A stretch of DNA of 64,000 bases from an uncultured Acidimicrobiia bacterium. Its GTDB lineage: Bacteria > Actinomycetota > Acidimicrobiia > Acidimicrobiales > AC-14. Below are positions 34,009 through 44,261 of this stretch, one piece after another (the first letter of the stretch is position 1; the number at the start of each line of letters is the position of its first letter). The stretch covers positions 288,001 through 352,000 of the forward strand of contig CAWIIV010000006.1 in assembly GCA_963836205.1 (NCBI GenBank), given 5' to 3'. The notes beneath the pieces were generated by a model, which did no database searches, was not told the DNA's origin, and worked only from the letters and a program-made list of their open reading frames with translations. The position numbers and the translations under genes are program-made.

Positions 34009-35469
34009 ATGATCGACGGCAGCGAGGACGACTCGAGGAATGTCCACGAGTCCTCCGACAGCGTCCGATCTCTCATCGGGAGCGGTTCGATCTATGCGGC
34101 CGGCAAGGCGGTCCAACTCAGCGCTGCGGTCCTCGTTCTTCCCGTACTTACCCGGCTGCTGACGCCGGGTGAATACGGAGAGATCGCCACTGCGCTCGTC
34201 GTCATTCAACTCCTCACCTTTCTAGCGGCCGGTGGGTTGCCGGTCGCCATCACTCTTGAGTTCTTCCGGGGCGAGGACGGCCCCCATCGCGCCCGAGGGC
34301 TCGTTCTGTGGACCGCGCTTGTCGGGTCGATAGTCACCCTCACCGCTCAGCTTCTCGCACCGTACTGGATCCGGATATTTGGCACTGCGGAACACCTGCC
34401 AGCCATACGAGTAGCGGTGCTAGCAACGATGCCATTGGTGGTGCTCACCGCAGTGCAGTCCCTGCTGCAGGTCCGCCGCCAACCCAAACAGTATGCCGTC
34501 GTCACGCTGGCAGGCACTGCTGGCGCCCAAGTCATCGGCCTCCTTTTCGTTCTGTTCCTCGATGCTCATGCCAGCACCTATCTAGCGGGAATGGCACTCG
34601 GCGGTGCGATTGCCGCCGGTGCCGGCCTGCTTCTCACCGGTGTCGACCGACGAGCTTGGCGAAACTGGCGTCTGCCGTACGCGGGCCTGATGGTGGGCCT
34701 CCCGACCGTTCCCCACGACGTCTCCATCTACATCATCCTTGCGGGCGATCGGGTGATCTTGGAGCGGTCCCATAGCTTCGCAACCGTCGGCCGCTACCAG
34801 ATCGCATACATCGCCGGCACCTTGGGAATCTCGCTGATGAGTGCGCTGAACAGTGCCTGGCTGCCGATCATCTATGGAGCGGCCGACCAGGTGCGCTGGA
34901 AGCTACTCGCCGACATGACCGTCAACCTCTATTGGCTGGCGGCCCTCGTGACCGGGACGCTCTCTTTGGCAGCACCCCTCATGCTGTCGATGCTTGCCGC
35001 GGATTCGTTCAAGCCTCTCGAGTTGGCGCCCATGGCATCAATGGTCGCCCTGAGCGTCCTGCCGTATGTCACCGTCGCCGCCAACGTTCTCGTCCTGCTC
35101 CATCTCGGGAAGTCAGCCTACCTGGCATGGGCCACACCCCTGTGCGCGGCGTTCAACATCGGACTGAATATCGTGTTCGTTCCCAGGTACGGCATGACGG
35201 CCAGCGCGGTGCTCACCGTGGTCACCTACTGCTTCCAGGCGATGGTCCTCAAGCTGCTCACCCGGCGTCTCGTGACCATTCCTTGGCGCAAGGGAGCGGC
35301 GACGACCCCGTGGCTGGTCGGAATGACGTTAGCCGCGCTCGGGATCGTCGTGCCCACGACAATAGTTTGGCTGGTCCTCCGGGGTGCCATCAGCGCTGTG
35401 CTCCTCGCCGGAGTGACCGCAATCGTTCTCCGGCGCTTCCGGCGAGCCGTGACGCCGGGCGTTGCATAG
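34009..35469 (+). CDS. wzx: Wzx-type oligosaccharide flippase
   Basis: RBS AAGGAG; LPVLTRLLTPGEYG, DRVIL...VGRYQIA, NIGLNIVFVPRYGMTASA; many TM helices. Confidence 0.9.
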   Translation: MIDGSEDDSRNVHESSDSVRSLIGSGSIYAAGKAVQLSAAVLVLPVLTRLLTPGEYGEIATALVVIQLLTFLAAGGLPVAITLEFFRGEDGPHRARGLVLWTALVGSIVTLTAQLLAPYWIRIFGTAEHLPAIRVAVLATMPLVVLTAVQSLLQVRRQPKQYAVVTLAGTAGAQVIGLLFVLFLDAHASTYLAGMALGGAIAAGAGLLLTGVDRRAWRNWRLPYAGLMVGLPTVPHDVSIYIILAGDRVILERSHSFATVGRYQIAYIAGTLGISLMSALNSAWLPIIYGAADQVRWKLLADMTVNLYWLAALVTGTLSLAAPLMLSMLAADSFKPLELAPMASMVALSVLPYVTVAANVLVLLHLGKSAYLAWATPLCAAFNIGLNIVFVPRYGMTASAVLTVVTYCFQAMVLKLLTRRLVTIPWRKGAATTPWLVGMTLAALGIVVPTTIVWLVLRGAISAVLLAGVTAIVLRRFRRAVTPGVA

Positions 35470-35493
35470 ACCGACGCGTCGGAATCCCCGAAA

Positions 35494-36492
35494 TCAGGTC
35501 TCCTCCGATGCGACCAAGACTGGGTTCATGCCTTCCTTGGAAGCCTCGTCCCAGTTGTCGTGCTGAAGCTGATAGTCGTTTCGGGCGAACTCCACCTGCA
35601 CCACCAGCCGATCACCAAACACCGGTGGCGAGCCCTTGTGAAAGGCGCGGGTGTCCTCCGCGAAACCGTGACCGGCGGGGCCCGTGATCTCGACGATCCG
35701 CTCGACACCGTATTCCGCTTCGATCTCCTCGTCGGTGCGCCGGCGAAGCCGGAGCTGATGGCGCAGTGCCTTCTTCGTGTGCGTGCCCCGCACGCAGACG
35801 TGGGGGCCGCTGTTCTCGTCGACGTCCGTGAGGTAGAAGAAGAACTTGAGGAATCGATAGTCGTCCAAGTCGAAGTGGAACATCTGGGCGGCCATCGATC
35901 GCTCCTCGGCGCTAACGTCGACGGCGAAGCTCCACCAGAGCACGGTGGCCAGGAGAACCGGCGGCGCCCGCAGATACGACTCCGCAATCTGTCGCAGGGT
36001 GCCGTCATGTGCGAGCTTCGCGATCGCCGGGCAGTCAGCCTGTGTGTTGTTGTAGGTCCCGATCGCGAACGACTTGTCGAACCGCGCCTTCACTGTCGCC
36101 TTTTCGTCGTAGAGGAACGCGAACGCCGGATTCCGGTCTCCGTAGCACGGGTTCTTGCGGGCGAACTCCCAGATCTCCTTCTGGATCGACGTCGGCAGTC
36201 GCAGCCCGAGGTAGCAGCCGTCACGCTCGAGACCGGCGACGACCTTGGCGACATCCAGATCGGGGAAGACCGTGGGCCCAGGCGCGGTGTCGCTTCGGCG
36301 ACGCCGCATGGACGCAATCGAGCGAGCAATGTCGAACCGCCCAACGGCGCGCATCAACGCCCAATCTGGGTGGTGCCTATAGACGTTGACCTTCGATCTC
36401 ACTTTCGGCCTATTGGCCCTCAGTCGAGCCACGCTCGCGCGCGCTGGGCCCCAGAGGCGCACAGCCATCCTGCCACTTCCCTTCTCGATCAA
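35494..36492 (-). CDS. Phytanoyl-CoA dioxygenase-like Fe(II)/2-oxoglutarate oxygenase
   Basis: FHFDLD (HxD), KFFFYLTDVDENSGPH, EDTRAFHKG, R at DRLVVQ. Confidence 0.82.
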   Translation of the reverse strand: MIEKGSGRMAVRLWGPARASVARLRANRPKVRSKVNVYRHHPDWALMRAVGRFDIARSIASMRRRRSDTAPGPTVFPDLDVAKVVAGLERDGCYLGLRLPTSIQKEIWEFARKNPCYGDRNPAFAFLYDEKATVKARFDKSFAIGTYNNTQADCPAIAKLAHDGTLRQIAESYLRAPPVLLATVLWWSFAVDVSAEERSMAAQMFHFDLDDYRFLKFFFYLTDVDENSGPHVCVRGTHTKKALRHQLRLRRRTDEEIEAEYGVERIVEITGPAGHGFAEDTRAFHKGSPPVFGDRLVVQVEFARNDYQLQHDNWDEASKEGMNPVLVASEET

Positions 36493-37856
36493 CTACCTAT
36501 CAACGAGGGGACGTACTTGTCGATACTAGTCGCCAATTGTGTCATATGGGGTCCGTCGGACCCCTTCCTCTGCCCGAACTCACGCCACGACTCGAAGAGG
36601 TCGGCAGGAATACAGGTGCGGAGCACCTGCCTGACGATCTCCTGGCGTCTCTCCTCATCCGGGAGCACGAAGCCCTCGACACGGCGGGGCAATGTCGCGA
36701 TGTCGGGCCGCGCCTCCAGGCGAAGGAACGCGCCATCCACGAAATAGTAGGGATCCGTGACGATGGACACCCGACCAGCCAGCGCCGCCTGCATTCCCAC
36801 CGTGCCGGCCAGCGTGAAGGTGCCTCGCGTCTCGGCCATGAGCGTCTGCGAAGGGACCTCGTAGGGCACGAACACGACGCGGTCGATCGCAGCCAGTTGC
36901 TCGACGAGCTCGATGCGCTGGAATCCGAACATGTTCGGATGATCCTTGACGAGCACCAAATAGCCGGCGGCCGAAAAGGTCGCAACAACGTCTATCAGGG
37001 TTGCATGATAGTCGAGGAGACTTCGAGATCGGACCCAGTAGTCGATCGTCGACTCCGGGTACACGCCGAGGGCTACGAAGATCCGCCTTTCGACTGGGTG
37101 CTCGTGAGCGACCCTCTTCCAGTCCGCGTTGAAATGCCTCACCACCCCGTAGTCGCGGATCCGCATCCTCCATCCGCAGTCGGGCCGACTGAGCCAGTAA
37201 TGCATGTTGAGCGAATCCCTGTTCCACAACCCGATGGCACGGAAGGCTGGGGCCCGCGCCGTGTAGTGGGCGTACTTCTTCGCGAACTCGAAGGGGCCAT
37301 AATGTGGCCTTGTGGGTAGAAATGGTGCAAACGAGTCTGATGTGACCGACTGAAACGTCGTCGCGACCTCATCGAAGTCAGGTTCGCGGACTTGGTTGTG
37401 CTCACCGCGGGTGGTGACGAGCGTCTGTCCGGCGATGGGCGCACCACTGATCCCGACGTACTTGATGCCACGAGCGGACAGGATCCGATCAAGGATGTCT
37501 ACTGCGTAATAGTCGATGCAGAACGAGAGGAGAAGGTCAGGTTGCTCCTGGTCGATGATATCGACCAGGGCTCTGAGCATCGCGCCCACCATCTTCAGCG
37601 CCACCTGCGGATCAAACTGCCGAAGGAAGCGACAACGCATCCTGATCTCTTCACAGCCCGCTTCCCCGAAAGCGGCCCACGCTGCCGTCTCGTTATCAGG
37701 TCTGCACATCCACCGGTAGAACGACGGCATCACGTATACGTCAGCATCGTTCCGGAACTCGCTGACCACGACGGTGTCTTCGGCGAGCGCGAGTCGAGAG
37801 GCGAGCCGGCGCCACCAATCGGTCTTCCGGTATCGAGAGTAGATCATGACCTTCAC
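36489..37856 (-). CDS. KpsS/capsule-biosynthesis-like GT-B protein, candidate nonulosonic-acid transferase
   Basis: C-terminal ALGVYPESTIDYW, VLVKDHP, TLAGTVGMQAALAG pattern of the Capsule_synth family. Confidence 0.65.
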   Translation of the reverse strand: MKVMIYSRYRKTDWWRRLASRLALAEDTVVVSEFRNDADVYVMPSFYRWMCRPDNETAAWAAFGEAGCEEIRMRCRFLRQFDPQVALKMVGAMLRALVDIIDQEQPDLLLSFCIDYYAVDILDRILSARGIKYVGISGAPIAGQTLVTTRGEHNQVREPDFDEVATTFQSVTSDSFAPFLPTRPHYGPFEFAKKYAHYTARAPAFRAIGLWNRDSLNMHYWLSRPDCGWRMRIRDYGVVRHFNADWKRVAHEHPVERRIFVALGVYPESTIDYWVRSRSLLDYHATLIDVVATFSAAGYLVLVKDHPNMFGFQRIELVEQLAAIDRVVFVPYEVPSQTLMAETRGTFTLAGTVGMQAALAGRVSIVTDPYYFVDGAFLRLEARPDIATLPRRVEGFVLPDEERRQEIVRQVLRTCIPADLFESWREFGQRKGSDGPHMTQLATSIDKYVPSLIGS

Positions 37857-38566
37857 GGCGACCCAGTGTCTCGGGTGACCAGGGGGAGTATTCGGTTCAT
37901 CAAATAGTCGGCGAGGAGCTCGTGGTAGGGCTGCTTCAAATGGAACCAGTCACAGTTCCGAAATGGCCCGTAGGTCTCGGGATCGACAATGGGCCCAGTA
38001 ACCAGGTTGACACCATATTCGGCCCGGAGGCCATGGCAGACCCGGCGCGCCCGATCGTTGTGGGCGGGGCCGAAGACACCGGCAGAGACCTCGAAGATCG
38101 GGATGGTGAGCACGACCGGTGCGTGATGGCTGAGCTGTGCCACAAGCTTCACATGCTCTTCGATGATCTCCTCGACAGTCGCATAATATTCCCCGTGGTT
38201 GCGGACGATGGCCAGGCGTAGCAAGAAGAAGGGAAGGCGGATCACCCAGGCTGGACCGAAGCTCGGAGGCACAAAGAACAGGCCGTCTCGGCAGAATGAG
38301 AAGCCGGCCTTTCTCGCCACCTGAAGTGGACGCCGCGGCATCCTTGGATGCACATCGGGGTTGCCAAGATGCACGACAATGACGTCGTACCGGCCCAAGT
38401 CCTGCTCGAACAGTCTTGGCCGGACCTTTGCGATCGGGACCCCGCCGTAGCTCCTGACGTCGACGATCACGCCGTGGGATGCCATCTTCCGAGCCAGCGT
38501 CTTGGCGTACCCGGAAGCCCCCCATTCGGACCCCACCGAGTCGCACACCAACAGGACTGCTGCCAT
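37853..38566 (-). CDS. SGNH/GDSL hydrolase-like protein
   Basis: LLVCDS (block I variant), VHLGNPD, DWFHL (DxxH). Confidence 0.6.
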   Translation of the reverse strand: MAAVLLVCDSVGSEWGASGYAKTLARKMASHGVIVDVRSYGGVPIAKVRPRLFEQDLGRYDVIVVHLGNPDVHPRMPRRPLQVARKAGFSFCRDGLFFVPPSFGPAWVIRLPFFLLRLAIVRNHGEYYATVEEIIEEHVKLVAQLSHHAPVVLTIPIFEVSAGVFGPAHNDRARRVCHGLRAEYGVNLVTGPIVDPETYGPFRNCDWFHLKQPYHELLADYLMNRILPLVTRDTGSP

Positions 38567-38935
38567 CTACGGCCAGGCTCTCACGGTTTCGCCGGCCGAC
38601 GGCCCGGCCGGTGTCCGGCGCACAGATGCCTTTGCTGCGCCGCCACGCCCGTACCAGCATCTTTCGCAAGCGTCGCTTGGCAGCGGTGGATTCCTCTCAA
38701 CTGGCCGCCCTCGGACGAGCACCGACCCCTTGCTCCCGGACGTTTGCGCCAGAAGGTGCTCGGTAGCCTGTCGCTCCTTGCCACCGGGCGTCAACGTTTC
38801 CAGCCTACTCGGACCACTCGGCCGCGCCGCGTACCCCCCGAGCCTCCATCCCCGAGGTACCAGCACCTCCTAGCGTACGAGTGATGCGCCGGATTCTGCA
38901 TTGCCGAAGGATCTCCGCCGCGTGATCGGTCGTCT

Positions 38936-40384
38936 GTGACCCGACCCTCGATCGTCGACGCGGGGGCAACGCTCGGTGCTCTGGTGGTTCGGGCCGACGC
39001 CGGCCGGGGCCGCGGCCATGGGCACGTGCTCCGTCAGCTGGCCCTCGCCCAGGCCTGGTCCCGCAGGGGTGGCACGGTAACCCTCGTCACCGTCCGTCCA
39101 CCTCCGACCGTGACGGCTCGGTGGCAGGACGAAGGCGCCGAGGTGCTCGATCTCGACGAATGCCCGGCTGCTCGCCTGCTGGAGGTGGCGCTCGAACGCG
39201 CTGCCAACTGGGTGTCGCTCGATGGCTACCACCTCGGTGCCCCCCAGGACCGGCTGCGGGAACAGGGCCTGCGGGTGCTGGTCGTCGATGATCATGGCGG
39301 TATGGGCGCGTGCCAGGCGGACGTGATCGTCGACCAGAACGTCGGCGCCTCGCCGGAGGACTACGCCGACCGGCCGAACGAGGGTTTGCTCCTGCTGGGG
39401 ACTCGGTACGCCCTACTGCGACGACAGTTCATGCCTTCCGCCGGCTGGCAGCGCATCGTCCCCGAGCGACCCCGAACGATCCTCGTCACCCTGGGGGGCG
39501 CACCGCCGGCGGGGCCTCTTGCCCTAATCAGGGACGCCGTCACGTCTGCCTTCCCCGATGCCGAACGGGTCGAACTGGTCGACGAGTCGGATGACAACCG
39601 GATCGTCGACCTCCTGACCAGGAGCGATGTCGCGGTGTCCGCCTCGGGGTCCACGGCGTGGGAGCTGTGCCTGATGCGGGTTCCGACCGCCTACGTCGCG
39701 GTCGCCGACAACCAACGACCCGTGGCCCGTCGGCTCGCGGAGATCGGCTGCGCACTGGATCTCGGAAACGTGAGAGATCTTGAGATGGGTCGACTGACCG
39801 ATGCCCTCCGCCGGCTCTCCGAACCGGGGACCCGATCGGCGATGGCGAGCCGTTGTGCGGGTCTCGTAGATGGCCGCGGCGCGAGCCGCATCGTGACGGC
39901 GCTCCAAGCGGAGCTGCTGGAAGTCCGGCGAGCGACCGGGGCCGACGCCGAGCTCCTGTTCGGTTGGCGAAATGATCCCGCTGCCCGCAGTTGGTCCTTC
40001 AACCCCGCGGAGCTGACCTGGGAGGAGCACCTCGCTTGGCTCCACCGACGGCTCACCGGGGCGGATTGCGTGATCTACGTCGTCAGCGCGCCGTCGGGGC
40101 CGCCCATCGGGCAGGTCCGATTCGACCGGGCGGGCGACGGCTCGGCTGACTCGCAGATCAGCCTGAGCCTGGATGCGAGCGCCAGGGGCCATGGCCTCGG
40201 CGCGGCCTTGATCCGCGCCGGGCTGCGGCGATACCGGTCAGACGCGGGTATCGGCCACATCGAGGCTCGGGTCAAGCCCGGCAACATCGCGTCGGTCGCG
40301 TCCCTCGACCTCGCCGGGTTCGTACCCCACGGCGATGCCGTGGGCGACGGCCTCATGGTGCGTTACGGGTTGGAGCTCGCGTGA
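38936..40384 (+). CDS. pseG: PseG-like UDP-sugar hydrolase fused to PseH-like GNAT N-acetyltransferase
   Basis: VRADAG.G.GHGHVLR, LDGY, VVDD, LLGTRYALLR, ASGSTAWEL, VADNQ, VDGRGASRI; then LLFGWRNDP...EEHLAW...IGQVRFD...GHGLG...NIAS. Confidence 0.88.
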   Translation: MTRPSIVDAGATLGALVVRADAGRGRGHGHVLRQLALAQAWSRRGGTVTLVTVRPPPTVTARWQDEGAEVLDLDECPAARLLEVALERAANWVSLDGYHLGAPQDRLREQGLRVLVVDDHGGMGACQADVIVDQNVGASPEDYADRPNEGLLLLGTRYALLRRQFMPSAGWQRIVPERPRTILVTLGGAPPAGPLALIRDAVTSAFPDAERVELVDESDDNRIVDLLTRSDVAVSASGSTAWELCLMRVPTAYVAVADNQRPVARRLAEIGCALDLGNVRDLEMGRLTDALRRLSEPGTRSAMASRCAGLVDGRGASRIVTALQAELLEVRRATGADAELLFGWRNDPAARSWSFNPAELTWEEHLAWLHRRLTGADCVIYVVSAPSGPPIGQVRFDRAGDGSADSQISLSLDASARGHGLGAALIRAGLRRYRSDAGIGHIEARVKPGNIASVASLDLAGFVPHGDAVGDGLMVRYGLELA

Positions 40385-40535
40385 GCGGCGAGGAGCATCA
40401 GTACGGTCGGCCGGGCCACGGCCCGTCGGCGTCGAGGCTGGTCGGGATAGCATGCACGTCTGGTCGCTTGATGATGAAGGCCGACGTACGCACGCGCAGC
40501 CCGGCCTGGGTCCGGACACGGGTCGAGGATCGACG

Positions 40536-41987
40536 ATGACCTCCAGGATGACCTCCAGCGTGACGCGCCCCGTTCGCCGCCGACGCCGCTCCAAGGTACG
40601 TCGCGTTCTTTTCACAAAATGCTGCCGTACCCCGGCCAGCCTCATGTTCACGGCATGGGGAGCATACGCCGTGCTGTTCATCTTCGGACCGGTGACACCG
40701 GTGGCCCGCATTCGCTGGTCCACCTGGGGATTCATCGGCCTCTGCGTCGCCGTGTTCTTTCTCGGCTGCCTAAGCTCTCGGCGGAAATCAAGGATCTCGA
40801 CAAAGGCGACCGCTGGGCTGCCACTTCGTGACCTGCAACGCCTCATCCAGAGGTTCGCGATCGTCGGTATGGTGGGGGGAGCCTTCGTCGTCATCGACAA
40901 ACTATTCCTGAGCGGGCTGGATCTATCCTCCGGGTTCACCAGCGCCAGATTTCAGTCGGCAGAGCTCGGAGCGGCGTTCTCCAACAGCTACGCACGTTCC
41001 CCACTCCTGTATATCGGGCAGGTGACGTACTCGTTCAGTCTCATCTCCTTTGTGTGCTACATCCTCAACGCGGAGCGGCTCCCGATCCGCCTGCTGTACT
41101 TCACCACAGTGTCGCTGATCAGCCCCTTCGCGGTGGCGATCGTGTATGGCGGGCGGTCGGTGCTCTTCATCGCCCTCGTGCTCCCGATCGGAGCACTCCT
41201 GATCCGGAGATTGCGCGGGCGCAGGAGTGCCGTCAAGCGTCTGAAACCGATGGTCGTCATGTTTCTCATCGTGAGCGTGATGGCCGTCGTGTATGACAAC
41301 AGCATTCAACGGGACCGCCGGACCATTCTCGGAGTCACCGACTACCTTACCGAACTGAAGAACACGGAATCGGCACGAAACTTCCGAACCAAGCCGTGGG
41401 TGGTGGACCTCATCAAGGCCGGTGCACCACCCAACGCAGTCATACAGGTGCTGAGCCTCAGCGTCTATGCCGTTCAAGGCCCGCCGCATTTCGACCTCAT
41501 CATCCATGCCGACAACCCTGTCGGACCATTCTACGGTCAATATGAGATCGCTAGCCTGGGAACCTGGTTCGGAAGGATCGTCCCCGAGCTGAGCGTCGTC
41601 GACCGGATGTATGCCGAACTGGACGACGCGAAGGTCCTCGGAGTGTTCGTCTCGACCTGGGGATCGCTCTTTGTCGATTTTGGCCCGATCGGAATGCTCC
41701 TCATCGCGTTTCTTTGGGGGTGGTTCAGCTCGCGCGTCTGGGCGGCGGCGACGAAGTCGGATCATCTCGGGGCGCAGGTCTTGGCCTCATTTCTCTTCCT
41801 GACGATCATCTCCTGCCCGATCCACTCTGCGATCGGGGCCGGCACCGGCACCTTCCTCGCTTTGGATGTGCTCATCGCCTATAGGCTGCTCTCCCCCAAG
41901 AGGAAACACGTAGGGCGATCTCGACGGGCGGCACCGCGAATTTCGGTCGCCAGGCCGAAGGTCGCATCAACCGTGTCCGGCGCGTGA
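40536..41987 (+). CDS. wzy: Wzy-like O-antigen/EPS polymerase
   Basis: About 10 TM segments, YGGRS, large outer loop, STWGSLFVDFGPIG motif; start uncertain. Confidence 0.7.
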   Translation: MTSRMTSSVTRPVRRRRRSKVRRVLFTKCCRTPASLMFTAWGAYAVLFIFGPVTPVARIRWSTWGFIGLCVAVFFLGCLSSRRKSRISTKATAGLPLRDLQRLIQRFAIVGMVGGAFVVIDKLFLSGLDLSSGFTSARFQSAELGAAFSNSYARSPLLYIGQVTYSFSLISFVCYILNAERLPIRLLYFTTVSLISPFAVAIVYGGRSVLFIALVLPIGALLIRRLRGRRSAVKRLKPMVVMFLIVSVMAVVYDNSIQRDRRTILGVTDYLTELKNTESARNFRTKPWVVDLIKAGAPPNAVIQVLSLSVYAVQGPPHFDLIIHADNPVGPFYGQYEIASLGTWFGRIVPELSVVDRMYAELDDAKVLGVFVSTWGSLFVDFGPIGMLLIAFLWGWFSSRVWAAATKSDHLGAQVLASFLFLTIISCPIHSAIGAGTGTFLALDVLIAYRLLSPKRKHVGRSRRAAPRISVARPKVASTVSGA

Positions 41988-43117
41988 GCCGCGCGCACAC
42001 CGGATACCTTCGAGCCGTGGTTCACGCGTCCTCAGAATTGAACGAGCGGACGGGCGCGACGGCGCGCGTGGCTGCCCTCCCCTTTCGCCTGGTCAACTCG
42101 GTGGCGTCGATCGCACGGGTCCAGGTCGTGCTCCGGCGCATCGTCAAGCAGCTCGACCCGTCGGTGTTCGCCTCGCTCTGGGACGGGCAGAGCCTCCCGG
42201 GCCAGCGGGTGCGACCCGACATCGAGTCGCACGCCATCGACACGCTCCTGGTCGACTGGCTGGAGACCGACCTCGTCGTGGCCGATGTCGGTTCGAGGTG
42301 GGGCGTGCTCGACGTGTGGCGGCAGTTCCAACCCCACGTCCGGGTGGTGGGGTTCGAGCCCGACAAGGTCGAGTGCGAGCGGCTGACGGCCCTCGAGGGC
42401 TCGAGCGGGGTCGTCACCTTCGTGCCCGCCGCCCTCGGTCCGGCCACGGGTTCGGCCACGCTCCACCTCACCCGTTCGCCGGCGTGTTCGTCGCTCTACC
42501 CACCGGTCGAGGAACTGATCCGCCATCGTCCCCGCCTGGCCTCGATGGCGAAGGTGGGCGAGGTCACCGTGCCCCTGACGACGCTCGACGAATGGTTCGA
42601 GGGGTCGGGGCTCGACCACATCGACGTGCTCAAGCTCGACACCCAGGGCTCGGAGCTGGGGGTGCTGCAAGGCTCCGTCGCCGCCCTGGCCACGGTTCGC
42701 CTCATCGAGGTGGAGGTCGAGTTCAACGAGATGTACGGGGGTCAACCCCTCTTCGCCGATGTCGACGGGTTTCTCCGGTCCCACGGCTTCGTGCTGTGGC
42801 GGATCAAGGGGATGATGCACTACGGCCTCAGCGGCGTGCCTTCGAGCGCCTTCCGCGTGACCGACCGCCAGTACTTCGACGGCAAGGCCTGCGACCTGGA
42901 CGCCCAGGGTGGCCAGCTCTTCTGGGCCCACGCCTACTACGTCCGCCAAGCGGTCGCCTTCCCGGACGCCGGTCGGACCGAGTGGCAACAGGCGGTTCGG
43001 GACGCATGCGGGGCGCAGACCTTCGGGTACACCGATCTGGCCCTCAACCTGCTCCGGGGGGCGGCCGACGTCGCTCCCGAGGGCGTTCGGGCCCGACTCG
43101 ACACCCTCTTCACCTAG
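41984..43117 (+). CDS. FkbM family methyltransferase
   Basis: DVGSRWG, GFEPD, TLD, LKLDTQGSELGVLQG, EVEVEF..MYGGQPLF. Confidence 0.9.
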   Translation: MSRAHTGYLRAVVHASSELNERTGATARVAALPFRLVNSVASIARVQVVLRRIVKQLDPSVFASLWDGQSLPGQRVRPDIESHAIDTLLVDWLETDLVVADVGSRWGVLDVWRQFQPHVRVVGFEPDKVECERLTALEGSSGVVTFVPAALGPATGSATLHLTRSPACSSLYPPVEELIRHRPRLASMAKVGEVTVPLTTLDEWFEGSGLDHIDVLKLDTQGSELGVLQGSVAALATVRLIEVEVEFNEMYGGQPLFADVDGFLRSHGFVLWRIKGMMHYGLSGVPSSAFRVTDRQYFDGKACDLDAQGGQLFWAHAYYVRQAVAFPDAGRTEWQQAVRDACGAQTFGYTDLALNLLRGAADVAPEGVRARLDTLFT

Positions 43118-43127
43118 GCGGCGCACG

Positions 43128-44225
43128 ATGACCGCGCCCCCCGCCGCTCCCTCGCCGTTCTCCATCGCCGGCCGCCCCATCGGGCCCGGCCACCCCGTCT
43201 ACGTGATCGCCGAGCTGTCCTGCAACCACCTCGGCCGCTTCGACCGGGCCGCGGAGCTGGTCCGGATCGCGGCCGACGTCGGCGTCGACGCGGTCAAGCT
43301 GCAGACCTACACCCCGGACACCATGACCCTCAACGACAAGTCCGAACGGTTCAGGGTCGGTCGGGGGACGCCGTGGACCGGGCAGACGCTGTACGAGATC
43401 TACCGCGACGCCCAAACGCCCTGGGCGTGGCATGCGCCGCTCAAGGAGCTGGCCGACAGCCTGGGCATCTGCCTCTTCTCGTCCGCCTTCGACCCGACCT
43501 CGGTGGATTTCCTCGTCGACCTCGGGATGCCGGCCTTCAAGATCGCGTCCTTCGAGCTCGTCGACCTGCCGCTGATCCGCCGGGTCGCGGCCACCGGCAA
43601 GCCGATGATCCTGTCCACCGGCATGGCCAGCCTGCCGGAGATCGACGCCGGTGTCTCGGCGGCCAGAAGCGCAGGGGCTCAAATAGCAATCATGCGCTGC
43701 AACAGCGCCTACCCGGCGGCGCCCGCCGAGATGGACCTGCGCACGATTCCGGCGATGGCAAGCACCTGGCACGTGCCGGTCGGCCTGTCCGACCACACCC
43801 TCGGCCAGACAGCGGCGGTCACCGCCGTCGCCCTGGGGGCCACCCTGCTCGAGAAGCACCTCATCCTCGACCGCTCCGAAGGGGGTCCCGACAGCGCCTT
43901 CTCGTGCGAGCCCGACGAGTTCCGATCGCTCGTCACGGCGGTCCACGAGGCAGAGCAGGCCCTGGGGACGGTGCGCTACGGCCCCTCCGAGCACGAGCAT
44001 CCCAGCCTGGCCTTCCGCCGCTCCCTCTTCGTCGTCGCCGACATGCGGGCCGGCGACATCTTCTCGGCGGCGACGGTGCGGGCGATTCGCCCCGGTGACG
44101 GGCTGGCGCCCGGGGCCCTCGACCTGGTCCTGGGGCGGACGGCGCCTGTCGACGTCAGGTGCGGAACACCGCTGTCGTGGGACCTCGTCGGCGGCATCGC
44201 TCCCGACTCCACCCCGCCCGGATAG
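43128..44225 (+). CDS. pseI: Pseudaminic acid synthase (NeuB family, C-terminal SAF domain)
   Basis: VIAELSCNHLG, VKLQTYTPDTMT, FKIASFELVD, STGMA, GLSDHTLG, EKH, DSAFS, FRRSLF, IRPGDG. Confidence 0.93.
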   Translation: MTAPPAAPSPFSIAGRPIGPGHPVYVIAELSCNHLGRFDRAAELVRIAADVGVDAVKLQTYTPDTMTLNDKSERFRVGRGTPWTGQTLYEIYRDAQTPWAWHAPLKELADSLGICLFSSAFDPTSVDFLVDLGMPAFKIASFELVDLPLIRRVAATGKPMILSTGMASLPEIDAGVSAARSAGAQIAIMRCNSAYPAAPAEMDLRTIPAMASTWHVPVGLSDHTLGQTAAVTAVALGATLLEKHLILDRSEGGPDSAFSCEPDEFRSLVTAVHEAEQALGTVRYGPSEHEHPSLAFRRSLFVVADMRAGDIFSAATVRAIRPGDGLAPGALDLVLGRTAPVDVRCGTPLSWDLVGGIAPDSTPPG

Positions 44226-44261
44226 AGTGCGGGCGGGCCACGGCCGGCCTACGGTCATCCC

